Below, piece after piece: positions 36,063 to 45,803 of a DNA stretch of 64,000 bases. Source of the stretch: Candidatus Woesebacteria bacterium GW2011_GWB1_39_10 (GTDB lineage: Bacteria; Patescibacteriota; Microgenomatia; UBA8517); contig LBVU01000003.1 of the NCBI GenBank assembly GCA_000993205.1, positions 85,820 through 149,819 of the forward strand, given 5' to 3'. How positions within the stretch are numbered: the stretch's first letter is position 1; each line of letters starts with the position of its first letter. The position numbers and the translations under genes are program-made. The notes under the pieces were generated by a model, which saw only the letters and a list, made by a program, of their open reading frames with translations, had not been told where the DNA came from and did not search any database.

Positions 36063-36349
36063 ATTGGCCTTTGGGGACTAATTATCTTAAATACAATTGT
36101 AATTATAATCCCCAAAAGAACCAGTAGGCCCATCCCAAAAAGTATCCCCACAGCCGGTGATTTCTTTTTTATTTTGAAATAAAGAGCGCTTAACCCTAAA
36201 ACCGGTGTAGCAACTGCACCAATAATCCAAGCCGCAATATGAACTATTGGGATAATAATAGTTGGTACAACAACAATGATAGCCTTCGCCTCTCGAGTCG
36301 AAAAAATAAAAAGCAATAAAAGAATTAAAAAAGAAAACAATAATTTCAT
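36056..36349 (-). CDS. Small hydrophobic membrane protein
   Basis: 97 aa, three predicted TM segments. Confidence 0.4.
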   Translation of the reverse strand: MKLLFSFLILLLLFIFSTREAKAIIVVVPTIIIPIVHIAAWIIGAVATPVLGLSALYFKIKKKSPAVGILFGMGLLVLLGIIITIVFKIISPQRPIY

Positions 36350-36364
36350 TTATAATTAGTATAT

Positions 36365-37000
36365 ATGAATTTATTTAGGCTTATATATTGGGTATTAGAT
36401 CCTCAAAAAGCAGTTGACTATGCCAACGGTTTACTAACTGATATTAAAAATAATAAAGGAGACCGGATTAAAAAAACAAAATCTATTGGTTATCTGAATG
36501 AGTTTTTTTCGAAATATTTAGCTTATGGAAAATCAAATCAAGAAATCGTTTTAGTTAATCAGGATATTGATAAAAAGAAAAAAACTAATGACAAAATAGC
36601 TAACGCTTTAATAGAATTGAGGAAAATTCGGTTAGAAATAAAAAAAATGAGCAATGACCAAAATGATCAGATTATAAAAACCGTCAAAACGTTTGGAGTG
36701 TCAAGCGGGATTGTTAGAGGAACAGCTCTAAATATCACTTCCGAAAAGCAAGCAATTCCAAAAGGTTGTATCGGAATTTTTCCAACATCCGGAACTAAAC
36801 ACACAAGGCAATTTTCAAAATGTGCCGGCATCATTTTCGCCAATGGCGGAATGACATCTCACGGGGCAATTATCACCAGAGAATTTAACATTCCGGCAGC
36901 AGTCTCCCCAAGATTAAAAATCCCCGATGGAACAAATGTTTTAATTGACGGAAGTACTGGAAAAATCATAATTTCTGGTACATTTGACCGATCTTCTTGA
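36365..37000 (+). CDS. Stand-alone PEP-utilizing enzyme mobile (phosphohistidine swivel) domain protein
   Basis: 'FANGGMTSHGAIITREFNIPAAV...IDGSTGKII' matches the PEPS/PPDK mobile domain. N-terminal ~110 aa unknown. Confidence 0.65.
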   Translation: MNLFRLIYWVLDPQKAVDYANGLLTDIKNNKGDRIKKTKSIGYLNEFFSKYLAYGKSNQEIVLVNQDIDKKKKTNDKIANALIELRKIRLEIKKMSNDQNDQIIKTVKTFGVSSGIVRGTALNITSEKQAIPKGCIGIFPTSGTKHTRQFSKCAGIIFANGGMTSHGAIITREFNIPAAVSPRLKIPDGTNVLIDGSTGKIIISGTFDRSS

Positions 37001-37053
37001 CTATAACTATTCTTTTCTCTATTCTGAGTATAGATGCCGTTTGACATCGTCTT

Positions 37054-37893
37054 TTGTTACCTACAAATATGCCCAACCAAAACGACCAAAATCAAAACAA
37101 CAACCAAACATCTGGAACTATCCCCGTTGTTTTTCCTCAGACCGACCTTCCACCCCTTCCTCCCGATTTCCAAACAGTTCAAAATGTTCCACCCGATTCA
37201 TCGGTGACTGCAACCTCTACTACAACAGCAACTAATGTCATATCGAATGTACAAACAGGATCGGCGGCGCCCGCCGATCTCCCGCCAATAATAGTATCTA
37301 CCCCAAAAAAGAAATTTGGCGGCGGAAAAATCATCGCGACAATTTTGGGATTATTTTTGTTGGTAGGTGGAATATCTGGTGGAGTGATTTTAACAAGACA
37401 AGGACCAGGTTTTACCAATAAAGCGGGAGGTAGTGGGGATACCTGCGATTTTGGCACCACTCCCGGACAGTGTGAAGCAAATTGTGAAGCCATTGTAAAA
37501 AGCACCCCGGGTTGCCATCCAAATACTGGCATTGGCTGTGGGTCGGAATACAACGCTGATTGTCTCGATCGACCAAGAAACGTCACAATTAATTGTGGAG
37601 GGGCTGAAGCGTATTCAATCACCTGGACTTTGCTGAATTCGTCAGATTTAACTAACCTAAAAGCCGGCGATCAAGTTAACTTCTGTGTAACCGGGGAGAC
37701 AAATCAGAACATCGTTCCTTTTACAGCGGCCAGGTTTACGATCAATGGTGTCCTACGACCTGAAACATCAAATAAAAGGCCCGGAGACCATCCCAACGAA
37801 TTCTGCGATCAATATACCATCCCTGATGAAGTAACAACCTTTAATGTCACAGCTGAAGTAAAAATAGGGCGTAACCACTGGATTGGTTCATAA
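37054..37893 (+). CDS. Cys-rich, N-terminally anchored secreted protein (unknown function)
   Basis: 279 aa. Q/N/P-rich N-terminus, TM, then a domain with 10+ Cys. Confidence 0.5.
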   Translation: MLPTNMPNQNDQNQNNNQTSGTIPVVFPQTDLPPLPPDFQTVQNVPPDSSVTATSTTTATNVISNVQTGSAAPADLPPIIVSTPKKKFGGGKIIATILGLFLLVGGISGGVILTRQGPGFTNKAGGSGDTCDFGTTPGQCEANCEAIVKSTPGCHPNTGIGCGSEYNADCLDRPRNVTINCGGAEAYSITWTLLNSSDLTNLKAGDQVNFCVTGETNQNIVPFTAARFTINGVLRPETSNKRPGDHPNEFCDQYTIPDEVTTFNVTAEVKIGRNHWIGS

Positions 37894-37895
37894 CT

Positions 37896-38453
37896 ATGAA
37901 AAAATCTAAATTTGTAACTGGTTTAATAATAATTATTACCCTGATCTTGGCGGGTGTTGCCATTTTTACCGCTATCAGGCTGTATCAACTTCGACAAACA
38001 TCCGTGGCTCCAAATGTTCCGGAAAGTAATCCCAAAGCCGCCGGTAGTTGCAGTCTTTCTTTCACCTTAACAACATCCACCGCTTCCCCAACTGCAACAG
38101 CTACACCAACCGCTACCGCAACGGCCACAGCCACAGCAACTGCCACGGCAACCGCTACAGCTACCGCGACTGCTACCGCAACCGCAACTGCAACAGCTAC
38201 ACCAACCGCTCCACCGAACTCATGCGGCGGAACTTGCGGAAGCAATTTTAACTGTGGAAGCGAATTGGTTTGCTACAACGGTTACTGTAGAAACCCGTCT
38301 TGTACAGCTGAAAATGACTGTGTTTGTAACGGTACACCGGGTCCAACCGCAACACCACCGACTCTTCCACAATCAGGAACGGATTGGCCGACTATGGTAG
38401 GAGCCGGACTTGGAATATTGGTTATCTTGGGGTCAATCTTACTGGCACTTTGA
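37896..38453 (+). CDS. Membrane-anchored protein with (Ala-Thr)n repeat, Cys-rich module and C-terminal TM
   Basis: 'TATATPTATATATATATATATATATATATATATATATPTAPP', then 'CGGTCGSNFNCGSELVCYNGYCRNPSCTAENDCVCNG', then 'LPQSGTD'+TM. Confidence 0.6.
   Translation: MKKSKFVTGLIIIITLILAGVAIFTAIRLYQLRQTSVAPNVPESNPKAAGSCSLSFTLTTSTASPTATATPTATATATATATATATATATATATATATATATPTAPPNSCGGTCGSNFNCGSELVCYNGYCRNPSCTAENDCVCNGTPGPTATPPTLPQSGTDWPTMVGAGLGILVILGSILLAL
38089..38215 (+). repeat. In-frame (GCN-ACN)n hexanucleotide-type repeat encoding (AT)n
   Basis: About 21 tandem Ala-Thr codon pairs. GC-rich relative to the surroundings. Confidence 0.7.
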
Positions 38454-38728
38454 TCACACTTCTAAACACATTGTTGGATTTTTTTAAAAACAATTATGTT
38501 TTCATTATTGTTATCCTCGTTACAGCTATTGTTGTATATCTTGCTTTTTATTTAACAACGTCTTCCCTCAAAAAACTTAAGACTTCAATCTTTACGTCAT
38601 ACCCATTTGATCTTTTCTTCCCACACGAAGGAACTTGGTCTGTCGGATATTTCCTCATAATAGTTTTGTTCTTGGGACTGCTCATATATTTTCTGGGGAA
38701 GGGAAATTTTGTCCTTGGTCCTGCTTAA
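38450..38728 (+). CDS. Small membrane protein (possible TTG start overlapping upstream stop)
   Basis: Hydrophobic 92-aa ORF. A TTGA start/stop overlap with the preceding gene suggests coupling. Low confidence. Confidence 0.3.
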   Translation: MITLLNTLLDFFKNNYVFIIVILVTAIVVYLAFYLTTSSLKKLKTSIFTSYPFDLFFPHEGTWSVGYFLIIVLFLGLLIYFLGKGNFVLGPA

Positions 38729-38749
38729 CCTATTGTCAAACTTCGTTTT

Positions 38750-41218
38750 TTATCTCCAAGAATTCACCCAGTAATAGCTCCTGTCCAACCATAACGGGAT
38801 TTGAAGACCAATCCAGTGGGGATAAAAATAAATAAAGAATAATAAGCAAATAAGCAAACAGGCAAATGTTAATTTGGGATTTCTGCGGAGGACGTACCCC
38901 GTTGCAATCGCCAAAAAAGGAACCGACGGCAAATAGTGATATAAAAACATTATTCTGGGGGAGGCGGCCCAAGGCACGAAGAATATCAAATAAGCAAATA
39001 CTACAAATGCTAAATTTTTGTTTCGTTCTAAATAGGAATAGATAGCGGAAGTCGCAATCGATACAAACCCGAACCAAAAAATAAACGGGTTCCCCATTGC
39101 ATAGATTCTTGCAACCCATCCGCCTACCTCGTCAGAGGTATAAAGGTAAATCGGGCGGATCAAGAAGGGCCAGGTCCACCAGGAAGAAGAATAGGCGTGG
39201 GTCGCGACAAGTCCGGTGTGATACCACCACATTTGTTTCTGCATTCCCCACCAGATCCCAAGATCGTGGCCAGTCAAAAACATCGGGATGTAAGATGAAA
39301 GGTATATGATAAACGGAACAACTAAAAAAAACGCAAAAGTAGAAAGTCTAAATTTATTCTTCCGCCTGAGCCATAAAACAAAAAATATTGGGGTTGCCCA
39401 AATAGCGGACCACTTGGAAGAAATTGCCAAACCAAAAGAAATTGCAGACCAAAAATCCCATCGGGCCGTACGGCCCTTTGGGCCGGAGGCTTCTCCTTTC
39501 ATGAATAGATATATTGATAGCAACACAAAAAACAATAAGTAAATATCATTCATTCCTATACGGCTCATCACAAGCGCTAGTCCGTCAAGCGAGAAAATGG
39601 CTGCCGATAAAAGCCCGGTTAATTCATCTTTAAACAATAATTTTGCTAAAAGATAAACCATTAGCACCGACCCTACACCAAGAAGAACTCCCGGAATCCT
39701 GTAACCAAAAGAATTTTCGCCGAATATTTTCATTCCCATTACCATCCCCAATTTTGCCAAAGGCGGGTGCGTCCATTCATATGCAAACCCTTCCGGTGGG
39801 GTATTCCACCATTCCCAAGCTTTATTGGCGTCGGCATGCATCATTACTTTTGCCGTAAAGGCGTGATAAACTTCATCAAAATATTCGTTTTTAGGAGAAT
39901 TTAAATTATATATTCTGGTAATAAAAGCAAATGTCAAAATTCCAATTAGAATATATTTAGATTTGTTTTTAGAGAGATTAATATTAGGCAACTTGTATTC
40001 GGTAATCAATCGTTTCTTGTTTCCGATTAATCGATTAATCGGATATTTGAACCATGACCATGTTTTATTTATTTTTTTAGCGATGACGGTAAACATAAAA
40101 AAAACTGATCCAATATTTGCTACCTCTATTGCTTTGATTACAAAATCAGAAAAGATTTCTTTAAAGTTAGAGGAAATCCAAACATAGGCATAATAAAGAT
40201 TAGCAATATAAGTTAAAGAGAAACCGACGTATGGAATTAACAGAATCGGGCTTTCTATAGTTGCTATGGCAAGAGGCGCAAAAAGCGGCAAAAGATGTCT
40301 CTCGTGCATTCTGGTAAAAAAGACAAAACTTGAGGCAAAAATTAAAGCTGCCAAAAAATATTTCGTATTTTTTTGCTCTCTGTTCCTTCGTATAGCTATT
40401 ACAATTGTTATAATTAAAACCAAAAGATATCCACCAACCTGCATAAACACGTTGTCAGGTTTCCAGATCCCGATAAGCCCCCAGAAATTAAAGGCATTTA
40501 TCGAAGTATAAGGGTATTGATTTAAAGATATCCCCAACCTTTCCAAAATAAAAGATGCCAGATTTCCATGATTCCAGAAGGGGATAAATGAACCAATAAA
40601 TACAAATAAACCAACGGACAAATAAGCAAATATTTTTTGCAACTTCCATCTTTCCTTAAACACCATGAACACGATTACCGGAAATATAAACGCTGTTTGT
40701 GGTTTGACAAGAGTCCCAATCGCCAAAGAAATAGCGGATAGCAAATAATTGATAGGTAATAGATAAATCGACAAAACCGAAAAAAGTGAAGTCAAAGAAT
40801 CCACTTGACCCCATAAAGCAGAGTTGGATAAAATCGCAGGATTAAAAATATAGATTGCCGCACCAATCAAGCCCCATTTAACTCCCTTAGATTTCCTTAA
40901 AATCCTGTAAATCAAATAGCCGGTGGCAATGTCAGACAAGATGGCTGGAAGTTTATATAGAATCGTAGTCGGAATCACTCCTGCCAAATTTATTTTTCCC
41001 AAAAGCCATAGAACATAAAGGTATCCGGGTAAATAGTCGCTCCACCCATTATAGAAATTTTTAAACCCGTCACGGGTGAGATTGGCACTCCAGGCAACAA
41101 AAGTTCCCTGGTCCAAGTTCAACGTCCCAAAAAAAGATAGGATAATTCTTAAAAACAAACCAAACAAAAGCAGTAAAAAAATCTTACTGCTTGATATTCT
41201 TTTGATGAATGTGAACAT
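38750..41218 (-). CDS. Fused double GT-C glycosyltransferase (N-terminal DUF2029/GT87-like module + C-terminal PMT/GT39-like module)
   Basis: 822 aa. The second half begins 'NEYFDEVYHAFTAKVMM' (PMT loop-1 DE motif). The N-terminal half is a separate multi-TM GT-C-like module. Confidence 0.6.
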   Translation of the reverse strand: MFTFIKRISSSKIFLLLLFGLFLRIILSFFGTLNLDQGTFVAWSANLTRDGFKNFYNGWSDYLPGYLYVLWLLGKINLAGVIPTTILYKLPAILSDIATGYLIYRILRKSKGVKWGLIGAAIYIFNPAILSNSALWGQVDSLTSLFSVLSIYLLPINYLLSAISLAIGTLVKPQTAFIFPVIVFMVFKERWKLQKIFAYLSVGLFVFIGSFIPFWNHGNLASFILERLGISLNQYPYTSINAFNFWGLIGIWKPDNVFMQVGGYLLVLIITIVIAIRRNREQKNTKYFLAALIFASSFVFFTRMHERHLLPLFAPLAIATIESPILLIPYVGFSLTYIANLYYAYVWISSNFKEIFSDFVIKAIEVANIGSVFFMFTVIAKKINKTWSWFKYPINRLIGNKKRLITEYKLPNINLSKNKSKYILIGILTFAFITRIYNLNSPKNEYFDEVYHAFTAKVMMHADANKAWEWWNTPPEGFAYEWTHPPLAKLGMVMGMKIFGENSFGYRIPGVLLGVGSVLMVYLLAKLLFKDELTGLLSAAIFSLDGLALVMSRIGMNDIYLLFFVLLSIYLFMKGEASGPKGRTARWDFWSAISFGLAISSKWSAIWATPIFFVLWLRRKNKFRLSTFAFFLVVPFIIYLSSYIPMFLTGHDLGIWWGMQKQMWWYHTGLVATHAYSSSWWTWPFLIRPIYLYTSDEVGGWVARIYAMGNPFIFWFGFVSIATSAIYSYLERNKNLAFVVFAYLIFFVPWAASPRIMFLYHYLPSVPFLAIATGYVLRRNPKLTFACLLICLLFFIYFYPHWIGLQIPLWLDRSYYWVNSWR

Positions 41219-41220
41219 TG

Positions 41221-42879
41221 TTATTTAGAGTCGCATTTTACAGAATAAATCCTGTAATTTGTAGTAGCTTTAACAAGACAGAAATTTTCTATAAAAAATC
41301 TTTCGTTTGCTTTTAAAACATCCCTTTCTCCCGGACCTATCACAACATAATTAACATCATATTTATACAACAAACTTTTTGCATTGGCGGTGCCGGAATA
41401 TATAACCTTTATATCCCGTTCCCTGTCCCCATACTTTATTCCGTGAACCCAAAGACTACCCTGATAACCCATTAATATTTTTCTACCTCCCAAGTTGCTT
41501 GCAAAACTTCTGTGAGTAAATTCAGTTAAAAATAACGAATCAAACTGTGTATTTTTCCTAACCCACAACCCTAAATCAACTTCTTCTTTAGAAAATAGTT
41601 GATAACTAACATTTATTTCGCGGTATATAGAAAGTAACGAAGACAAAGTCAGCGAAGCAATAAGAATTCCAGTTAATATTTTTCCAAAAAAAATTTTACT
41701 TTGCCATAGTTTTACCAAAAGAAAGGCGACGGCCGCATAGGCAAAAATCGCGAACCAGAAAAGAAATTTGATGTTATCCCAATCAAACGGCTGAAAAATA
41801 AACAGGTTGATAATCACGAAAATAAAAGATGAAAACAAAATCAATCTAGTCAACAGTTTGTAGGGTTTGATAAAAAATATAGACAAAATTAACGATGGAA
41901 TAAGTATGCCGGTGTTTTTCCACCAAAATATTATAAATTCAAGTATTCCGGGATCGCTCATCCAACCCAAATGGAATCTAAAAAAAGAGGAGCTGGTATT
42001 CAGATGAAAAAAGATTAATTTTAACTGGGGGGCCGCGATTAATAGGACTATGGTTCCAAAAATCGACCATTTTTTTAACCATTCTACCCAATTATTTTTG
42101 CGCAACTCAAAAACGGCTAAAAACGGAATTAGAAGACTAAAAACAATGAAGGTGTGAGTATGTGATAATGGCAAAAAGCCAGTTAACACCGCCGCAAAAA
42201 TATACCACCAATTTAGATTCTTTTCATCTTTTTTCTCCTTCAAAAAAAGTATATATAAAATAGCTATCCCCATCGGAATTCCCAAGAGGACGCTCCGCTC
42301 AGGAATTAATATTCTGGACAAAAAATTACACCACTGGATATTTTGTCCGAATAAATGGCTGTAATCCGGAAAGGCGCCGGGGCCAGTTATAAAATTTTGA
42401 AGTTTGCCGTTAAAAACCACATCTTTAAAAAAATAATAAAAACCAAGACCACCGTTAAGAAAAAATAAGAGTGTACCCAAAAAGGCAACTGATTTAAGTC
42501 CTGTCAATTTTTTGTAAAAAAAGTATAACGACACAATCATGAGGATGGAAAAAAACATTCCCGGTAAAATTATCGAAGCTCTAAGACCAAACCCCCAAAT
42601 AACCATTGCTGCCGACAAAACATTTATAAAAAATGGGTAAACCAGTGGGATATCGGAAAACAAAGGGTTTTCCGGGGGAAAAGTTCCCGTATATGCCATT
42701 CGAGAAATTGTCGCCAAATGAAATGGCAAATCCCCATAAGTGCTTTCTCCTGTTGTTAAATTTCCGTTTAAATCCTGTTTGATTATGTGACTATTAAAAA
42801 TAGCGTAAATAAAAAAACTAAGCGCTAGCACAAGTATCCAAACAGGTTCTTTGCGTATTTTTTTAAATAGATCTCGCAT
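41221..42879 (-). CDS. Large polytopic membrane protein, GT-C/YfhO-like (unknown)
   Basis: 552 aa with more than 10 TM segments. Adjacent to other GT-C genes and LCP. Confidence 0.45.
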   Translation of the reverse strand: MRDLFKKIRKEPVWILVLALSFFIYAIFNSHIIKQDLNGNLTTGESTYGDLPFHLATISRMAYTGTFPPENPLFSDIPLVYPFFINVLSAAMVIWGFGLRASIILPGMFFSILMIVSLYFFYKKLTGLKSVAFLGTLLFFLNGGLGFYYFFKDVVFNGKLQNFITGPGAFPDYSHLFGQNIQWCNFLSRILIPERSVLLGIPMGIAILYILFLKEKKDEKNLNWWYIFAAVLTGFLPLSHTHTFIVFSLLIPFLAVFELRKNNWVEWLKKWSIFGTIVLLIAAPQLKLIFFHLNTSSSFFRFHLGWMSDPGILEFIIFWWKNTGILIPSLILSIFFIKPYKLLTRLILFSSFIFVIINLFIFQPFDWDNIKFLFWFAIFAYAAVAFLLVKLWQSKIFFGKILTGILIASLTLSSLLSIYREINVSYQLFSKEEVDLGLWVRKNTQFDSLFLTEFTHRSFASNLGGRKILMGYQGSLWVHGIKYGDRERDIKVIYSGTANAKSLLYKYDVNYVVIGPGERDVLKANERFFIENFCLVKATTNYRIYSVKCDSK

Positions 42880-42881
42880 TT

Positions 42882-43850
42882 TTACTTAAAAAGTTCACTG
42901 ACCCATTTTTGAATTTCCCCCCATTTCCCATTGCCTTCTTTTGGTATGAGGACATACTGATTGTCGTAATTGTTTGTAATCGGAGGATTAACCAAAAATC
43001 CGTCCGGAATTAAATATTTATTTATTGAATTCCTGGAATCAAAAACTTTTCTGGCGACAGTTGCCGCAGTTTTATCGTCCACGTTCGTTTCGATAGAAAC
43101 TCTTAGCACCTTAAAGATCGCTTTATCTGTCCTCATTGAAAGATAAATCTGCGGGGAAAGTAATTTATTCTTGATAGCATCAATGATTTTTTGTTGCCTG
43201 GCCTCACGCGCCTGATCCGTCCCCTCGGATCCTTCGGCATGCCGTGAACGGACAAACTTTAAAGCCGTGTCCCCATTCATCAATTGAAGACCCGATACAA
43301 AAGTTACTGTCTCATAACGGCAGGCGAACGCTCTATCTCCATCGCAAGTATCATTCTCCCGCTCCGCAATTGGATACAATTTGTCGGAAAAACCTGTTTC
43401 AACATTCACCAGGATTCCTCCGAGCGCATCCACCATGTCTTTAAAGGCTGAGAAATCCACTATAGCTGAATATTGTATTTTTATCCCCGTAACCTTTTCT
43501 ACTGCAGCCTTCGCCAAATCCGTGCCTCCGTAATGATAGGCGCTATTAATTTTGGCGCGGATTTCAGGAATCCATAAGTCCCTTGGAACTGAAACAATAT
43601 CTACTCCGGGACCTTCCAGATTTATGGAAACAAGCATTATAGTATCAGTTAAATCTCCACCAGTATGGTCCTTTCCCCCAATTCCCAGAACCAGGAAGTT
43701 TGCGCGACCTTTGTCTGATTTAATCTGTGACGTGTCCGGAAACAGAAACTTCGAAGCTAGAGAAACTTGAGATCTAAAAATATATAAAAGGGCAAAAAAA
43801 AGTACAAAAACAACACCCAATATCAAGAGGGTAATTTTTTTAATACTCAT
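42882..43850 (-). CDS. LytR-CpsA-Psr (LCP) family cell-envelope phosphotransferase
   Basis: 'NFLVLGIGGKDHTGGDLTDTIMLVSIN...VSVPRDLWIP...RHAEGSEGTDQAREARQQKII'. Confidence 0.85.
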   Translation of the reverse strand: MSIKKITLLILGVVFVLFFALLYIFRSQVSLASKFLFPDTSQIKSDKGRANFLVLGIGGKDHTGGDLTDTIMLVSINLEGPGVDIVSVPRDLWIPEIRAKINSAYHYGGTDLAKAAVEKVTGIKIQYSAIVDFSAFKDMVDALGGILVNVETGFSDKLYPIAERENDTCDGDRAFACRYETVTFVSGLQLMNGDTALKFVRSRHAEGSEGTDQAREARQQKIIDAIKNKLLSPQIYLSMRTDKAIFKVLRVSIETNVDDKTAATVARKVFDSRNSINKYLIPDGFLVNPPITNNYDNQYVLIPKEGNGKWGEIQKWVSELFK

Positions 43851-43868
43851 GTTACTATTGTATTTGGA

Positions 43869-45803
43869 ATGAATGACGTAGACAAGCTAACAAACGATTT
43901 AAACAAAGACCAGTTCGCTGCCGTAATTTATACCGCAGGACCCCTTCTGGTTTTGGCCGGAGCGGGATCGGGAAAGACAAAAGTTTTAACACACCGTGTG
44001 GCCTATTTTATCCAACAAGGCCTAATTAAACCTGAAAACGCGCTTCTTTTAACATTCACCAACAAAGCAGCCACAGAGATGCGGCAAAGAATTAACGACC
44101 TACTCGGTCAGTCATCAGCCAACAGTAAACAGTCAACGGTTTTCTCCGGAACATTTCATAGTTTTTGTGCCAAAGTTCTCAGAATTGACGGAAAACATAT
44201 TGGAATTCCAATAAACTTCATTATTTACGATGATCAAGACCAAAAAGACGCCGTTAAACAAATTTTGGAGAGTATCAACATTTCAACTGATCAGTTTGCC
44301 CCGGCTTCAATTTTAAACGGAATCGGAGAAGCAAAGAATCAAATGTTGACTCCGGCCGAGTACAAGAATTTTGTCAGAGGTGAGTGGCAAGAGGTGGTTG
44401 CCAAGGTCTACGAGCAGTACGAAAAAATGCTCAAGGATATTGGGGCTCTGGATTTTGATGACCTGATGATCAAAACAGTCCAACTTTTCAAGGAGGTTCC
44501 GGAAATTCTTACAAAATGGCAAACAACTCTAACACATATTTTCGTTGACGAATGGCAAGATACAAATAAAATCCAGTACACCCTAACAAAACTTTTAGTC
44601 GGAAAAAATCGCAACATTACAGCGGTGGGGGATGCTTCCCAATCGATTTATTCATGGCGAGGAGCTGACTATCGAAATATAACACTACTTACGAGGGACT
44701 ACCCGGATATTAAAATCGTTAATTTAGAACAAAATTACAGATCGACTCAAAACATTCTTGATGCCGCCAACCTGGTCATTTCAAAAAATACAAATCATCC
44801 TATTTTGAAACTTTGGACAGATAAACACGCTGGATCTAAAATCAAGCTCTACTCTGCCAGAAATGGTTTTGATGAGGCAGATTTTGTTGTTTCTGAAATT
44901 CAATCCCGAGATTCAAAGTATGGCGACTTCGCCATACTTTATCGCACCAATGCCCAATCCCGTGTTTTAGAGGAGGCCTTCTTACATGCCGGCATTCCTT
45001 ATTCCTTAGTTGGAGGGACAAGATTTTACGACCGTAAAGAAGTCAAGGATATCATTAGCTACTTAAAATATTTAGTTAATCCAAAAGATTCAGTTTCCCG
45101 AAAGAGGATTGAGAAAATCGGAATTCGTCGTTTTGAAAAATTAGAAGAATTTCGCAACTCCCAAAATTCCCTAAATTCCCTAACCACCTTGGAAATGCTT
45201 GATGCTGTTATACAAAAAACCGATTATCTTTCTTTGTTTCAAAAGGAATCGGAAGAAAATTTGGCCCGTCTGGAAAACATAAAGGAATTAAGAAGCGTCG
45301 CCACAGAATTCCCCGCTATCAGTGATTTTTTGGAAAATGTTGCGCTTGTGGAATCAACCCAAAAACCTGCTAATTCCGCCTCAATTGCTAAAGATTCCGT
45401 GACCCTTATGACCCTGCATGCGGCCAAGGGATTGGAATTCCCGATCGTTTTTATAGTTGGCATGGAGGAGGGACTTTTCCCCCACAGTAGAAGCTTAATG
45501 GACGGAAATCAGCTGGAGGAGGAACGTCGTTTGGCATATGTGGGTATCACCCGTGCCAAAGATGTTCTTTATTTAACTTATGCCAGTTCCCGTCTTTACT
45601 TCGGAGAAAGAATCAGTAACCCCCCGAGTAGGTTTATAATGGACATTCCAGAGGACTTGATCGAGAATATAGATGCTAATATATGGAAGGATGACTTGTC
45701 CTCCAAAGCCTTGGCGTCGGAGGATCTAAAATTGGATTCTGTAGAAGATATCAAGGGAACTTTTGACGATATAATTGAGAAATATTTACCACATGACGAC
45801 TAA
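43869..45803 (+). CDS. UvrD/PcrA/Rep-family DNA helicase
   Basis: 'LVLAGAGSGKTKVLTHRVAYF', 'IFVDEWQDTN', 'GTFHSF', 'VGITRAK'. Confidence 0.9.
   Translation: MNDVDKLTNDLNKDQFAAVIYTAGPLLVLAGAGSGKTKVLTHRVAYFIQQGLIKPENALLLTFTNKAATEMRQRINDLLGQSSANSKQSTVFSGTFHSFCAKVLRIDGKHIGIPINFIIYDDQDQKDAVKQILESINISTDQFAPASILNGIGEAKNQMLTPAEYKNFVRGEWQEVVAKVYEQYEKMLKDIGALDFDDLMIKTVQLFKEVPEILTKWQTTLTHIFVDEWQDTNKIQYTLTKLLVGKNRNITAVGDASQSIYSWRGADYRNITLLTRDYPDIKIVNLEQNYRSTQNILDAANLVISKNTNHPILKLWTDKHAGSKIKLYSARNGFDEADFVVSEIQSRDSKYGDFAILYRTNAQSRVLEEAFLHAGIPYSLVGGTRFYDRKEVKDIISYLKYLVNPKDSVSRKRIEKIGIRRFEKLEEFRNSQNSLNSLTTLEMLDAVIQKTDYLSLFQKESEENLARLENIKELRSVATEFPAISDFLENVALVESTQKPANSASIAKDSVTLMTLHAAKGLEFPIVFIVGMEEGLFPHSRSLMDGNQLEEERRLAYVGITRAKDVLYLTYASSRLYFGERISNPPSRFIMDIPEDLIENIDANIWKDDLSSKALASEDLKLDSVEDIKGTFDDIIEKYLPHDD

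Noticed and set aside
38089-38215. Tandem GCN-ACN repeats as a possible CRISPR or minisatellite array
   Set aside because: The period is 6 nt with no spacers, and it is in-frame inside an ORF where it encodes (Ala-Thr)n. It is a coding microsatellite, not CRISPR.
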